Shown here: in pieces, positions 20,149 through 31,277 of the stretch
Numbering within the stretch: the first letter of the stretch is position 1
How the letters are laid out: each line of letters opens with the position of its first letter
DNA from: an uncultured Candidatus Saccharibacteria bacterium
GTDB lineage: Bacteria; Patescibacteriota; JAUYIX01; CAYMIK01
Direction of reading: 5' to 3'
Length of the DNA stretch: 64,000 bases
NCBI GenBank assembly: GCA_964390745.1
Contig: CAYMIK010000001.1
Location: forward strand, 48,670 to 112,669
Notes under the pieces: model-generated
Seen by the model: the letters and a program-made list of their open reading frames with translations, nothing else
Databases searched by the model: none
Told to the model about the DNA's origin: nothing
Position numbers and translations under genes: made by a program

Positions 20149-23100
20149 TGACACCCCAAACTGTAACAACTCCAAAAAGAATCCGCGCTGCGCACGACTT
20201 TGAAGCCGTTCGCTTGCGACTTGCTTCTCCTGACACCATTTTAGAGTGGTCACACGGTGAAGTTCTTAAACCTGAAACGATTAACTACCGAACCCAAAAG
20301 CCAGAACGAGATGGCTTGTTCTGTGAACGAATCTTTGGACCAACCAAAGACTGGGAATGTTACTGTGGTAAGTATAAGCGCATTCGTTACAAAGGAATTA
20401 TTTGTGACAAGTGTGGCGTTGAAGTTACCCGATCTATCGTTCGACGTGAACGAATGGGCCACATTGGTCTTGCTGTTCCTGTTTCGCACATTTGGTTCTT
20501 GCGCGGTGTTCCAAGCAAGATTGGTGCCGTTCTGGACCTCAGCGTTCAACAGCTCGAAAAAGTTATTTACTTTGCAAGCTACATCATCACACAAGTAGAT
20601 GAAGCCGCAAAAGAACAAGCAACCAAACAAATTGCTCAAGAATTCAAGCAGAAGAAAGGGGAGATCGACAAATTCTTTGACGATCAATTCTCTCAATTGA
20701 AACAAGACAAGCTTGAAGCCTTGAAGAAAGCTGGGAGCGACAAAGACAAGAAAGATGTTGAAGGCCGATTCGGCGAAGAAACAGCTCGAAAGAACTCTGA
20801 AAAGCAGTTGCAAAATGAACGACTTGAAGAAGCCGTTGAAGTTGCACGCAAAGAATTGAAAGACCTCAAGGCGCTTCGAATTATCTCTGAACTTGAATAC
20901 CGTGACCTTTCTATGAAGTATGGCCACGTCTTCAAGGCAAGCATCGGTGCTGAAGCTTTGCGCGGCATTGTAGAAAAGATTGATCTTGATGCTTTGGCAA
21001 AAGAACTTGAAGAAGAAATCAAACATGCTGTTGCTTCCAAGAAAAAGAAGATTACACGCCGATTGAAGGTTATCAAGGGAATGAAGAATGCCGGTGTTCG
21101 TCCTGAATGGATGTTCATTACCGTGCTTCCCGTTATTCCACCAGACCTTCGACCAATGGTTCAGTTAGACGGTGGCCGATTTGCCGCATCTGACTTGAAC
21201 GATTTGTACCGACGCGTGATTAACCGAAACAACCGCTTGAAGCGATTGATTGAATTGAATTCACCAGAAGTTATCTGCCGAAACGAAAAGCGTATGTTGC
21301 AAGAAGCGGTTGACGCTTTGATCGACAACAACGCACGACGTGGTAAGGCTGTTGCTTCCTCAACTGGTCAGAAGCGAACATTGAAGTCGCTCGCAGACCT
21401 CTTGAAGGGTAAGCAAGGACGATTCCGTCAGAACTTGCTTGGTAAGCGCGTTGACTACTCGGGACGATCGGTAATTGTTGTTGGTCCTACGTTGCGATTG
21501 AATCAGTGTGGTATTCCAAAGAAAATGGCACTCGAACTTTACAAGCCATTCGTTATTCATTTGTTGATTGCGAATGAATTTGCCTACAACGTTCGATCCG
21601 CTGGAAAATTGATTGAACAAGAACGCCCAGAAGTTTGGGATATGTTGGAACAGGCAATTGAAGGAACACACGTCTTACTGAACCGAGCTCCTACACTTCA
21701 CCGACTTGGTATTCAGGCCTTCTCGCCAGTTTTGGTGGAAGGAAAAGCTATCCAGTTGCACCCAATGGTATGTACCGCATTCAACGCTGACTTCGACGGT
21801 GACCAGATGGCTGTTCACTTGCCACTCACTGTTCAGGCTCGTGAAGAAGCAAAGAACATCATGCTTGCAACACAGAACCTTTTGAAGCCTGCAACAGGTG
21901 AACCAATCGTTTCTGCTACCCAGGACATGGTTTTGGGTTCGTACTATATGACAGGAATTGTTCCAAAACGAAAAGGTGAAGGAAAGACGTTCGCATACTC
22001 TCGTGAAGCTATTCTTGCTTACGAATCAGGCGCGATTGATATCAATGCAGAAATCAACGTACGACTTCGCGAAGGTGAAATTGTAAAGACATCTGCTGGA
22101 CGAATTTTGTTCAACCTCATTTTGCCAAAAGAAATGTGGTTCATCAATGAACAAATGAACAAGAAATCATTGAAGAAAATCATCAGCCGCGTATTTGAAG
22201 AATATGGTCGCGATCGATGTGTAGAAGTTATCGACGAAATCAAGAAGACCGGTTTCGAATATCTTACTCGATCTGGTTTGTCATGGGGAATTGATGACTT
22301 GCAGATCCCTGAAGCGAAAAAAGGTTTGGTTGATGCTGCCGACAAAGAAATTGACGAAGTAAATGAACACTTCCGCATGGGTCTCTTGTCTGACGAAGAG
22401 CGATATGCCAAGACCATTGAAATTTGGTCTCGAGTGAAAGGCCAAGTGGAAATCGAAGTAAAGAAGAAGTTGAACTCAGTAACCAACCCAGTTCACGCCA
22501 TGATTGAATCTGGTGCTCGTGGTTCTTGGGGACAGACAGCTCAGATGACTGGTATGCGTGGATTGATGGCTTCTCCATCAGGACGCACCATCGAGCTTCC
22601 TATTAAGAACTCCTTCAAAGAAGGCTTGGACGTTCTTGAATACTTCGTATCTACTCACGGTGCCCGAAAAGGTATGTCCGATACGGCTCTTCGAACGGCA
22701 AACGCTGGTTACCTCACGCGACGACTTGTAGACGTTTCTCAAGATGTTGTTGTAACGGAAGAAGATTGTGGTGACAAAGAAGGCTTCACGGTTTCTCGAA
22801 AAGAAGATGAAGATATGGGCCTTGGCTACCCAACCAAATACTTTGGTCGCGTAGCTATTGATACCGTTGTTGATCCAAAGACTGGCGAAGTGCTCGTTCA
22901 AGCAGGGGAATACATTGATGGCGAAAAGATTGCCAGAATTGAAAAAGCCGCTGTTGAATCGATTCACATTCGATCAGTATTGCACTGTAAGACCGCTCGT
23001 GGAATCTGCCAGAAGTGTTACGGATTCGACCTTGGAAACAACCGACCAGTAAACATGGGTTCCGCAGTTGGAATCGTTGCTGCTCAGTCCATTGGTGAAC

Positions 23101-24125
23101 CAGGAACACAGCTTACGATGCGTACCTTCCAAATGGGTGGTATCGCTGGTGGAGACATTACACAAGGTTTGCCACGTGTTGAAGAATTGCTCGAAGCTCG
23201 CGCTATTAAGAAGCCTGCAGCCATTGCAGAATTCGATGGAAAGATTGAAATCGAAGATCGCGACAACCAAAAGATCGTGAAGCTCGTTTCAGCTGATGTT
23301 TTGACAGACGAATTCCCAAATGACGATACAATCAAGAAGCTCCGAGTCAAGCACGATCAGAAGGTTCAGAAAGATGATCTCTTGTTTGAAACCAGCGCTG
23401 GTGACAAGGTTCGAGCACGAAACAACGGAATCGTTCGTGTATTGAAGAATAAGGTTATGCTGGTTCATGAAACGAACATGGTAAAGGAATACATTGCTCC
23501 ACGAGGAATTGGTCTCTGGGTTGCAAAGGGTGACTTAGTAACTGCAGGAACGCAGCTTACCGATGGACACCTCGACTTGCGTGAACTCTTTGCCATCTCT
23601 GGGCTCACCGAAGTTCAAAAGTACATCATCCGTGAAGTACAAAACATCTACTCGAGCCAAGGTCAGGATTTGAACGACAAGCACATCGAAATTATTATTC
23701 GACAAATGTTCTCACGAGTTCGCATTATCGATTCTGGTGATACAGCATTCTTGCCAGATGAAGTTGTGAGCCGACCACGTGTTGAACAAGAGAATAAGCG
23801 TATCAAGAAAGAAGGCGGAAAGCTTGCGACCTACGAAGATATCTTGCTTGGTATCACGAAGGCCTCGCTCTCAACCGACTCCTTCTTGGCAGCTGCATCG
23901 TTCATTGAAACAGCCAAGGTCTTGATTGACGCTGCTGTGAGCGGAAAAGTTGACTACTTGAACGGTCTCAAAGAAAACGTGATCATTGGTAAGTTGATCC
24001 CTGCTGGATCTGGCTACCTCGAGCGACAAAACCGCTTGAAGCGAATGAAGGGTCACGAACTTGTGAAACTCTCCGAAGATTCTCTCATGACAAGCGAGCG
24101 AATTGGACAGAGAAATAGAGACTAG
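20148..24125 (+). CDS. rpoC: DNA-directed RNA polymerase subunit beta-prime
   Basis: 1325 aa. Zn-finger CxxC...Cxx[13 protein letters not shown] catalytic motif, trigger loop. 1-nt stop/start overlap with rpoB. Confidence 0.95.
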   Translation: MTPQTVTTPKRIRAAHDFEAVRLRLASPDTILEWSHGEVLKPETINYRTQKPERDGLFCERIFGPTKDWECYCGKYKRIRYKGIICDKCGVEVTRSIVRRERMGHIGLAVPVSHIWFLRGVPSKIGAVLDLSVQQLEKVIYFASYIITQVDEAAKEQATKQIAQEFKQKKGEIDKFFDDQFSQLKQDKLEALKKAGSDKDKKDVEGRFGEETARKNSEKQLQNERLEEAVEVARKELKDLKALRIISELEYRDLSMKYGHVFKASIGAEALRGIVEKIDLDALAKELEEEIKHAVASKKKKITRRLKVIKGMKNAGVRPEWMFITVLPVIPPDLRPMVQLDGGRFAASDLNDLYRRVINRNNRLKRLIELNSPEVICRNEKRMLQEAVDALIDNNARRGKAVASSTGQKRTLKSLADLLKGKQGRFRQNLLGKRVDYSGRSVIVVGPTLRLNQCGIPKKMALELYKPFVIHLLIANEFAYNVRSAGKLIEQERPEVWDMLEQAIEGTHVLLNRAPTLHRLGIQAFSPVLVEGKAIQLHPMVCTAFNADFDGDQMAVHLPLTVQAREEAKNIMLATQNLLKPATGEPIVSATQDMVLGSYYMTGIVPKRKGEGKTFAYSREAILAYESGAIDINAEINVRLREGEIVKTSAGRILFNLILPKEMWFINEQMNKKSLKKIISRVFEEYGRDRCVEVIDEIKKTGFEYLTRSGLSWGIDDLQIPEAKKGLVDAADKEIDEVNEHFRMGLLSDEERYAKTIEIWSRVKGQVEIEVKKKLNSVTNPVHAMIESGARGSWGQTAQMTGMRGLMASPSGRTIELPIKNSFKEGLDVLEYFVSTHGARKGMSDTALRTANAGYLTRRLVDVSQDVVVTEEDCGDKEGFTVSRKEDEDMGLGYPTKYFGRVAIDTVVDPKTGEVLVQAGEYIDGEKIARIEKAAVESIHIRSVLHCKTARGICQKCYGFDLGNNRPVNMGSAVGIVAAQSIGEPGTQLTMRTFQMGGIAGGDITQGLPRVEELLEARAIKKPAAIAEFDGKIEIEDRDNQKIVKLVSADVLTDEFPNDDTIKKLRVKHDQKVQKDDLLFETSAGDKVRARNNGIVRVLKNKVMLVHETNMVKEYIAPRGIGLWVAKGDLVTAGTQLTDGHLDLRELFAISGLTEVQKYIIREVQNIYSSQGQDLNDKHIEIIIRQMFSRVRIIDSGDTAFLPDEVVSRPRVEQENKRIKKEGGKLATYEDILLGITKASLSTDSFLAAASFIETAKVLIDAAVSGKVDYLNGLKENVIIGKLIPAGSGYLERQNRLKRMKGHELVKLSEDSLMTSERIGQRNRD

Positions 24126-24144
24126 TCTTTTTCGCAGAACACTT

Positions 24145-24172
24145 AAAACCGGCTGAAAGCCGGTTTTAAGTT
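24145..24172 (+). terminator. Rho-independent terminator after rpoC
   Basis: AAAACCGGCT-gaaa-GCCGGTTTT followed by AAGTTTG. Confidence 0.7.
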
Positions 24173-24242
24173 TGCGTTGAAGTTGTGCTGGAAATGTGTT
24201 AGAATAATTTTGGAGTGAAAAGTTAAATTCAAACAAATACAT

Positions 24243-27200
24243 ATGAATACGCACCTCAATAAACTTGTACGAGTTACGCTTACGGCGTTGCTGGTAGTTT
24301 TTTCAGTACCCGCAGGATTTTTTCTATCGATGAATACAGCATTTGCTTCAACGTATACCGTTGCCAGCAATGGAAGTAGTGCAAATGACAGCGACTGCTC
24401 TACGAGTCCGAGTTCAATAACACTCCTCGAAGCGGTGGCATGTGCAAACTCGCATCCAGGCCCAGATACTATTTCGATTCCAGCTAATGGTGCCATGGGT
24501 GGCGCAATAACGCTTGGTGGAGGAATTAGTGTGAGCAGCGGAGAGGATCTGACGATTATTGGCGCAGGATCCGGATCCACAACTATTACTTCTGGTGGGA
24601 TTACTATTGTAGGTGCTGGATTCAGTCTTTCGGGCGTAACGCTCGCTATTAGCGGTACACCTCAAGCTGGTATCGCAGAGACTGACCCTTACACCGGCAA
24701 CTTTAGCTTAAACGATGTTGTCATGACGGGAACGCCTTCGATTGGCGTATACTTAGGTGCTGACGAAGGATTCACTATCACGGGCAATGTTTCCGTTACG
24801 AATAGCAACATAGCTGGTGACCGTGCCGGAGTGGCTATCGGTCTTGGTGGTGGCGGATCGCCGACAACGAAATTGCACATAACTGGTACCGTGGATGTAT
24901 CAGATAGTACGTTTACTATCGCTCCAACCGATGGAAATGGTTTCAATGCGGGTGTCGCTATGTTCTCTGCGGATGCTGGTGGAGCCGTAAGCATTGATAA
25001 CAACGTAACTGTACAAGAGGGAACGGCTGAAGGATCTGGTTTTGTGGCTATGGATATGGCCGATTTGGGAACAAGCTTTGGCAGTACGGTTGACATTGTT
25101 GGTAACTCAATAACAACTGGCGGAACGGATCTTCTTGGCGCTGGTGTTGCCGATCTTATTCGCTCAGTTGGCCTTACGACGATTTCTGGAAATACGGTTT
25201 CGGGTGGCATTGGAGAAAATGCCAACTTCGCGGGTGGAGTACTCATGGCTGATGGTGGATGTATTTTTGGTGGAACATGTACCGGTCAAGAGGATCTGGT
25301 AATTTCAAACAATGATATCGACGTGAGTTTTGAGGGAGCGCCCAGCATGCCAGTTATTATGGCCCAAGCAGAAACGGCTACTGTAAATGGAAATACTGTT
25401 GATTTGAATGGTGAAGATGCTAATGGTATTGTTTGTTCTTCGTTTACTAGCACGCCAGACTGCACCGTGAACGACAATGTTATCTCGCACGTTGGTGGTC
25501 AGTCGGGAATAGTTCTTACCCCAAGTTTTGATGCGCAGATTGTAAATGGGGATATTTATAACAATGTTGTATGGGGCGGTACGAATGATGCGGGTTTTGG
25601 GATTCTTGCCGCTTCTGTTCCTATGGGTGGGCCTCAACCAGCAGGGGCAACTATTAATGCCAATATCTTCAACAACTCTGTTGATGGCAATGGACACACG
25701 GTAGGTATTGCTGCTGGTGACATGACGGGTGACACGGTTTTAGATGCCGTGGTCTTCAATAACGCTGTCGCTAACTACAATACGGCGAGTTCGGCTGGGA
25801 TTATGCAGATTGGAACATCGGAAGATGTTTCGTTTGCGCATGATCACAATATGGTTGGCCCATCATCAACGAATTCATTTGTCTCGACTCCGGACGGGAT
25901 GAGCTTTTCGGACTTATCGCTCGGCACGGGTGATGTGGTGGATGACCCTGAATTTACCAATGCAGCAACGGGTGATCTTTCGATCGATGTAACCTCGCCT
26001 GCTGTTGATACTGGTACCTCGGTTTCTAATACCGTGAGTGCCCCATCAACCGACTTTAACGGCGACCCACGACCAGCACGTGATGCATTTGATATTGGAG
26101 CTTTTGAGTATCAGAATCAGTCACCGGTTACAGCCGCGGGCGTTGACCAGAATAAATACAAGGGCGCTTCGCTGACAGACTCCGTTACGCTCCACTGTGA
26201 CGCAACGGACCCAGAAGGCGACACGCCCATTACATATGCCTGGACACGAACAAGCGGCCCTTCATCTGTTTCGTTTACTGGGGCTTCAACTGCTGACGCA
26301 AGTTTCACCCCAGGTGCCGTTGGAACCTATGTTATTCGATGTACCGCAACAGACAGTTTATCTGCGCCAGGGTACGACGAGATGAACGTTGTGGTAACGG
26401 CAAATACGGCTCCTTCTGCGAACGCTGGCGTTGACCAGGCGGTACATACTGGAGATAGTGTGACGCTCCACTGTGCGTCTACTGATACAGAAGAAGACAC
26501 GATTACCTATGCCTGGACAAACGTCTCTGGGCCAACAACCCCTTCACTCGCAACGGCATCAACCGCCGATAGCGGCTTTACGGCAGCAGCAGTTGGCACC
26601 TATGTTGTGCGATGCACTACAGGGGATTCGTATAACACGTCGGCCACAAATGACACTGTTTCTATAGTTGTCACAGATGCCAATACCTCCCCAACAGCAA
26701 ACGCTGGTCCTGATCAGTACACAACCATTGGTGATCAGGTAAACCTCACGTGTGCTGCTTCAACCGATCCTGATGTTGGCGACTCATTGACATATCACTG
26801 GACGCAAACTTCTGGCTCGACTGTTTCTCTCTCGAGTACATCGAGTGCTACTCCACACTTTACGCCCACAACATTGGGAAATCGAACATTCCAATGTCAG
26901 GTAACAGATGCGCACGCAGCAACCAACACCGACTCTGTTGTTATTCATGCGACTGCCCAACGCATTGCTGGCGCAGATCGATACAACACTGCCATCGCGC
27001 TTTCCCAGAGCATGTATAGCAGCTCACATACGGTTTCTGCAATGGTGATCGCTTCTGGGGAAAACTATCCAGATGCTTTGGCCTCAGGCCCATTGGCTGC
27101 TCTTATCCACGGGCCAGTACTCCTTGTTCAAAAAACATGGGCCCCGGGAGAAGTACGAACGGAAATTGCCCGACTCTGGAATAACAGTGACGATTCCGCA

Positions 27201-27920
27201 ACGGACATCTATATTATTGGTGGTACGAGCGCCATACAGGACTCGGTAGTTGCACAAATTCAAGCTGTGAACTCCAAGCTCGACATAAAACGACTCGCGG
27301 GTTCTGATCGAATTGATACGGCCATCAAAGTAGCTCAGGAAATGGACTCTGTTCGTGGGTTAAATCCAAGCAACGTAGCCGTTGCTTCTGGCTATAACTT
27401 CAATGATGCCGCAGCTATGGCTGCTGTTGGCTCCGACTCAACGGTAAACTCTCGATACATTCCGGTGCTATTGAATGGCACGGGCTCACTCGATTCTCGC
27501 GTTTCAAGCTATATTAACGGCAAAAAATCTTCGCTTTCGAAGGTCTGGGCAATAGGTTCGACAAGTGCCATATCAAACTCGGCACAGACTTCCTTGAACT
27601 CGATCGTCGGCTCTTCAAAAGTCACACGACTTTCCGGATCTGATAAGTATGGAAATACAACCGCTATAGCATCACAGTTTTACCCATCTGCTGCAGCGGT
27701 TACGATCACGGTTGGTGGAAATTTCCCAGACGTATTGGCTGGTGGTCCATACGCAGCTTCGAAGCATGCGCCAGTGTTGTATGTTTCTTCTTCCTCCGTT
27801 CCCTCTGCAAATACAACCTTCCTTGACGCCAAAGCAAGTACCCTTAACTATGTATATGTTTTGGGTGGAACAACTGCCATACCAAACACGGTAAAACAGA
27901 CCGTTCAACAGCACCTCTAG
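24243..27920 (+). CDS. Large secreted/cell-surface protein (1225 aa): signal peptide, right-handed beta-helix region, PKD-like repeats, three C-terminal CWB2-type cell-wall-binding repeats
   Basis: N-terminal signal/TM. CSTSPSSITLLEAVACANSHPGPDTISIPA motif typical of beta-helix adhesin-like proteins, with G/T/S/N-rich beta-helix repeats. Repeated ANAGxDQ...TLxC...DP(D/E)xDTxTYxWT PKD-like modules. C-terminal AGADRYNTA.../LAGSDRIDTA... repeats (CWB2-like). Confidence 0.75.
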   Translation: MNTHLNKLVRVTLTALLVVFSVPAGFFLSMNTAFASTYTVASNGSSANDSDCSTSPSSITLLEAVACANSHPGPDTISIPANGAMGGAITLGGGISVSSGEDLTIIGAGSGSTTITSGGITIVGAGFSLSGVTLAISGTPQAGIAETDPYTGNFSLNDVVMTGTPSIGVYLGADEGFTITGNVSVTNSNIAGDRAGVAIGLGGGGSPTTKLHITGTVDVSDSTFTIAPTDGNGFNAGVAMFSADAGGAVSIDNNVTVQEGTAEGSGFVAMDMADLGTSFGSTVDIVGNSITTGGTDLLGAGVADLIRSVGLTTISGNTVSGGIGENANFAGGVLMADGGCIFGGTCTGQEDLVISNNDIDVSFEGAPSMPVIMAQAETATVNGNTVDLNGEDANGIVCSSFTSTPDCTVNDNVISHVGGQSGIVLTPSFDAQIVNGDIYNNVVWGGTNDAGFGILAASVPMGGPQPAGATINANIFNNSVDGNGHTVGIAAGDMTGDTVLDAVVFNNAVANYNTASSAGIMQIGTSEDVSFAHDHNMVGPSSTNSFVSTPDGMSFSDLSLGTGDVVDDPEFTNAATGDLSIDVTSPAVDTGTSVSNTVSAPSTDFNGDPRPARDAFDIGAFEYQNQSPVTAAGVDQNKYKGASLTDSVTLHCDATDPEGDTPITYAWTRTSGPSSVSFTGASTADASFTPGAVGTYVIRCTATDSLSAPGYDEMNVVVTANTAPSANAGVDQAVHTGDSVTLHCASTDTEEDTITYAWTNVSGPTTPSLATASTADSGFTAAAVGTYVVRCTTGDSYNTSATNDTVSIVVTDANTSPTANAGPDQYTTIGDQVNLTCAASTDPDVGDSLTYHWTQTSGSTVSLSSTSSATPHFTPTTLGNRTFQCQVTDAHAATNTDSVVIHATAQRIAGADRYNTAIALSQSMYSSSHTVSAMVIASGENYPDALASGPLAALIHGPVLLVQKTWAPGEVRTEIARLWNNSDDSATDIYIIGGTSAIQDSVVAQIQAVNSKLDIKRLAGSDRIDTAIKVAQEMDSVRGLNPSNVAVASGYNFNDAAAMAAVGSDSTVNSRYIPVLLNGTGSLDSRVSSYINGKKSSLSKVWAIGSTSAISNSAQTSLNSIVGSSKVTRLSGSDKYGNTTAIASQFYPSAAAVTITVGGNFPDVLAGGPYAASKHAPVLYVSSSSVPSANTTFLDAKASTLNYVYVLGGTTAIPNTVKQTVQQHL

Positions 27921-27934
27921 TCTCATGAGACTAT

Positions 27935-27966
27935 AAAAAAGAGCGCTTCGTGCGCTCTTTTTTGTT
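27935..27966 (+). terminator. Rho-independent terminator after first surface-protein gene
   Basis: AAAAAAGAGCGC-ttcgt-GCGCTCTTTTTTG. A perfect 14-nt palindrome AGTCTCATGAGACT also sits at the stop codon (27919-27932). Confidence 0.7.
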
Positions 27967-28021
27967 CGTTGAAAAACTGCCCTAAAAATGGTATGATCCT
28001 GATACGAAAAAACAAAAATAC

Positions 28022-31000
28022 ATGAGAAACGGGATTTCCTTTTTTGAGAAATTAGCACGTCTTGCCGTTGTGGCAGGGGTTGTTTTTATGTCTTCAGGAG
28101 CTTCGTATATTGTGAAGTTGCCAGTGGCAAAAGCTGTAACGGTCATGACGGTGGAGGATCTTGCGGATGGAACAGGTGACAGTGACTGCACCAATGGTGC
28201 GACGCTTCGAGAAGCTTTTGGAACAGGCAATGGCTGCGTAAACGACAGCGAAAGCCCCGATACCGCATACACGCTCAACCTTACGGAAACCGGCACATAC
28301 CTTACTTCGGCTAGTGTTACCATTCCAGCTAACATTAGCGTTACTATCATCGGCCAAGGTTCTGGCGCAACCACTATTTCAAGCACCTCAACGGATCCAT
28401 TTCTTACTACCACTGCCGGCACTGGTTCACTCAGTATTTCTGCCCTTACTATCACCGCTTCAACGGAATTTCAATATGTAGTAGGTGTTGCAACGCCGAT
28501 GGATGGCAACGTTACTATTGATCACGTGACTATTCACGCCGAAGATGCTATCCCGCTGTTCATAGGGGCCGGCTCAGCCGATGGAGTTGAGTCACTTGGC
28601 GGAGCTTCGATTACCAATTCAACATTCAATGCAAATAATAACGGCATCTATGTTGGACTCAGGCCCGGAATGTTCGAAGTTTCGCGAGCGCATGTTTTTG
28701 ACACCGAATTCGACATTACCAATAACGTATTTAATATTGACGATGGTACGGGTGGCATTGGCGCCTCAAACGCCATAACGTTTTTGGCTACAACGGCATC
28801 AGCGGATATTGAAAACAATGACATCAATATGACTGGTACGGGCAACTTGGCTGGGGGAGTATATATTGGTAACTTTTACGATGAGGCGGGTACCCTTTTG
28901 GGCGACCCAATGATCATCGCGGCTAATAACATCTCGGGCGCTCCAGATCTTGGTGGAGGTATTAACATCCAAATGCCATCCTATGGCGGAGCTACGGTTG
29001 GCAGCAATACTATTACGGGCAACATTACCGGCATTAATACGGCTCCTATTGAAATCTTCAACGAAGATTGCTTTTCGGCGGAGTGTGGCAATGTGGGCTC
29101 AACAAGTATTACGAGCAATACTATAGATGTCACTGCTGCGAGTGCGTTTAATGTGTTGAGCTCAGGAATTCTTGCCTACGGCAATACCAACACGATTGCA
29201 TTTAATTACGTTGCGCTTTCTGATGGCTCTGGCGGTGTCATTCCTGATACCAATGGAATCACCTGTGTCGCTTTTTACAATCAAGCCTGCGATGTTTCAG
29301 GAAATGACGTGAGTGGTTTTGGGCAGTTTGGAATAGCCGGACTTGTGCCTGTAGATGGCGTAACCTTGAACATGACGGCAACAAATAACCTTGTGCACGA
29401 TGCGCAAACAAGTACTGCGCGTGGAATCACTATACAGGCCGCAGACTATGGGATGGGGGATCCGGAATCTACAACGCTGAACTTTGACGTCATGAATAAT
29501 ACGATTGCGAATGTCTCAACGAGTGGTGGTGGCGCCATTGTCGCTGATACCGATACGACGTCTGTGACCGGCGACGTTGTAAATGCATCAATCTTCAATA
29601 ATATCGTTGAGAATAATGCGTATGGCATTGGCACCATAACCGCCGGTGGTTCTGATGAAACGATTGTCATGCACAATGATTACAATTTAGTACATACAAC
29701 TCTCATTGCACCAGCGGCAGATAACTATTTTGGAACTATGAGTACGGGCGATGTTGCGGCAGGTGATCATGATGTTTCTTCGGCGGCGAGCTTTGTGGGC
29801 TCAGGCGACTATTCACTTGCTCCGTCATCACCAGCTCTCAATGCTGGCGCGGGCTCTTTCTACTCGCTTGATGCACCAACCACTGATATTGCTGGAACCA
29901 CTCGTCCGCAAGGAGCGGGCTATGATATTGGTGCTTTTGAGCTTGCAGTAAATGCTTCACCAATCGCAAACGCTGGATCCGATCAGTACACCAGCATCAA
30001 CGAAACAAACACACTGAACTGCTCGGGTTCAACCGACCCCGATGATGACACGCTCACGTACTCCTGGTCACAAACTGCTGGAAGTTCGGTGACGCTTTCT
30101 TCTGCATCAGCGGCAGCGCCAACATTTACGCCAACAAGTCTTGGCGACAGAACTTTCCGTTGCACCGTGAACGATGGTACTAATCCGAGCGTTTATGACG
30201 ATGTTGTTGTTCATGCTACCGCAAAGCGCATTGCAGGCGCGGATCGATACAGCACCTCTGTTGCCATTTCTCAGGCCCAGTACACAAGCTCGCATACAGT
30301 ATCAGCCATGGTAATAGCTTCGGGCGAAAACTATCCCGATGCCTTGGCGGCTGGCCCACTTGCAGCACTCGTTCATGGCCCCGTACTTCTGGTTCAAAAA
30401 ACATGGGCGCCATCACAAATCCGCACAGAAATTGCACGGCTCTGGAATAATGTTGATGATAGTGCCAACGATATTTATATTGTTGGTGGTACAAGCGCTA
30501 TTTCTGATTCGGTGAAAAACCAAATTCAGGCAGTGAACTCAAAACTTGATATCAAGCGTCTCGCAGGATCCGATCGAATTGATACGGCGCTCATGATTGC
30601 CAAAGAGATGGACAGTATACGTGGTCAGAGCCCAACCAATGTTTCGGTTGCTTCCGGATACAACTATCTCGATGCTGCCGCTATTGCTGTGCCAGGTTCG
30701 GATTCGAGCATTAACTCACGATATATTCCAGTTTTGCTCACTGGTACCACAAGTCTCGATTCTCGAGTGAATTCGTACATAAAGAGCAAAAAAAGTAGCA
30801 TCTCTAAGGTTTGGATTGCTGGTTCTACCAGCAACGTGTCGTCTTCTGCGCAGACATCCTTGAATGCTATTGTTGGATCGTCAAAGGTTACGCGACTTTC
30901 TGCCTCGACCCACGAAGACGTAGCTGTAGTCATTGCCACACAGTTTTATGCGGCTCCAGCATCTGTTGGTCTCACCACTACTGAGAGTTTCCCAGACGTT

Positions 31001-31186
31001 CTCGCGGCTGGCCCGTTTGCTGGTGCTCGACGCATGCCCATATTGTATTCAGACAATGTTTTAGTGAATGATACTCTGGCATCTTACGAAGATGCGCGTG
31101 CAGCTTCACTCGCGTCGGTGTACGTCTTTGGCGGCACATCAGCGATATCGAACGGAACGAAGCAAATCCTGCAGCAACACCTCTAA
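28022..31186 (+). CDS. Paralogous large secreted/cell-surface protein (1054 aa): beta-helix, PKD-like repeats, CWB2 repeats
   Basis: Same architecture as 24243..27920, and a near-identical C-terminal third (RIAGADRYSTSVAISQAQYTSSHTVSAMVIASGENYPDALAAGPLAALVHGPVLLVQKTWAP...). Own promoter TTGAAA-17-TATGAT at about 27975-28005. Confidence 0.75.
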   Translation: MRNGISFFEKLARLAVVAGVVFMSSGASYIVKLPVAKAVTVMTVEDLADGTGDSDCTNGATLREAFGTGNGCVNDSESPDTAYTLNLTETGTYLTSASVTIPANISVTIIGQGSGATTISSTSTDPFLTTTAGTGSLSISALTITASTEFQYVVGVATPMDGNVTIDHVTIHAEDAIPLFIGAGSADGVESLGGASITNSTFNANNNGIYVGLRPGMFEVSRAHVFDTEFDITNNVFNIDDGTGGIGASNAITFLATTASADIENNDINMTGTGNLAGGVYIGNFYDEAGTLLGDPMIIAANNISGAPDLGGGINIQMPSYGGATVGSNTITGNITGINTAPIEIFNEDCFSAECGNVGSTSITSNTIDVTAASAFNVLSSGILAYGNTNTIAFNYVALSDGSGGVIPDTNGITCVAFYNQACDVSGNDVSGFGQFGIAGLVPVDGVTLNMTATNNLVHDAQTSTARGITIQAADYGMGDPESTTLNFDVMNNTIANVSTSGGGAIVADTDTTSVTGDVVNASIFNNIVENNAYGIGTITAGGSDETIVMHNDYNLVHTTLIAPAADNYFGTMSTGDVAAGDHDVSSAASFVGSGDYSLAPSSPALNAGAGSFYSLDAPTTDIAGTTRPQGAGYDIGAFELAVNASPIANAGSDQYTSINETNTLNCSGSTDPDDDTLTYSWSQTAGSSVTLSSASAAAPTFTPTSLGDRTFRCTVNDGTNPSVYDDVVVHATAKRIAGADRYSTSVAISQAQYTSSHTVSAMVIASGENYPDALAAGPLAALVHGPVLLVQKTWAPSQIRTEIARLWNNVDDSANDIYIVGGTSAISDSVKNQIQAVNSKLDIKRLAGSDRIDTALMIAKEMDSIRGQSPTNVSVASGYNYLDAAAIAVPGSDSSINSRYIPVLLTGTTSLDSRVNSYIKSKKSSISKVWIAGSTSNVSSSAQTSLNAIVGSSKVTRLSASTHEDVAVVIATQFYAAPASVGLTTTESFPDVLAAGPFAGARRMPILYSDNVLVNDTLASYEDARAASLASVYVFGGTSAISNGTKQILQQHL

Positions 31187-31277
31187 GTCTCGTGGCCCAC
31201 AGAGTCGGGCCTGTACAAAATCGTTGAAATGTGTTACAATAACGAGTGACTTTTTGGCTTGAATAAAAGAAAAATAC

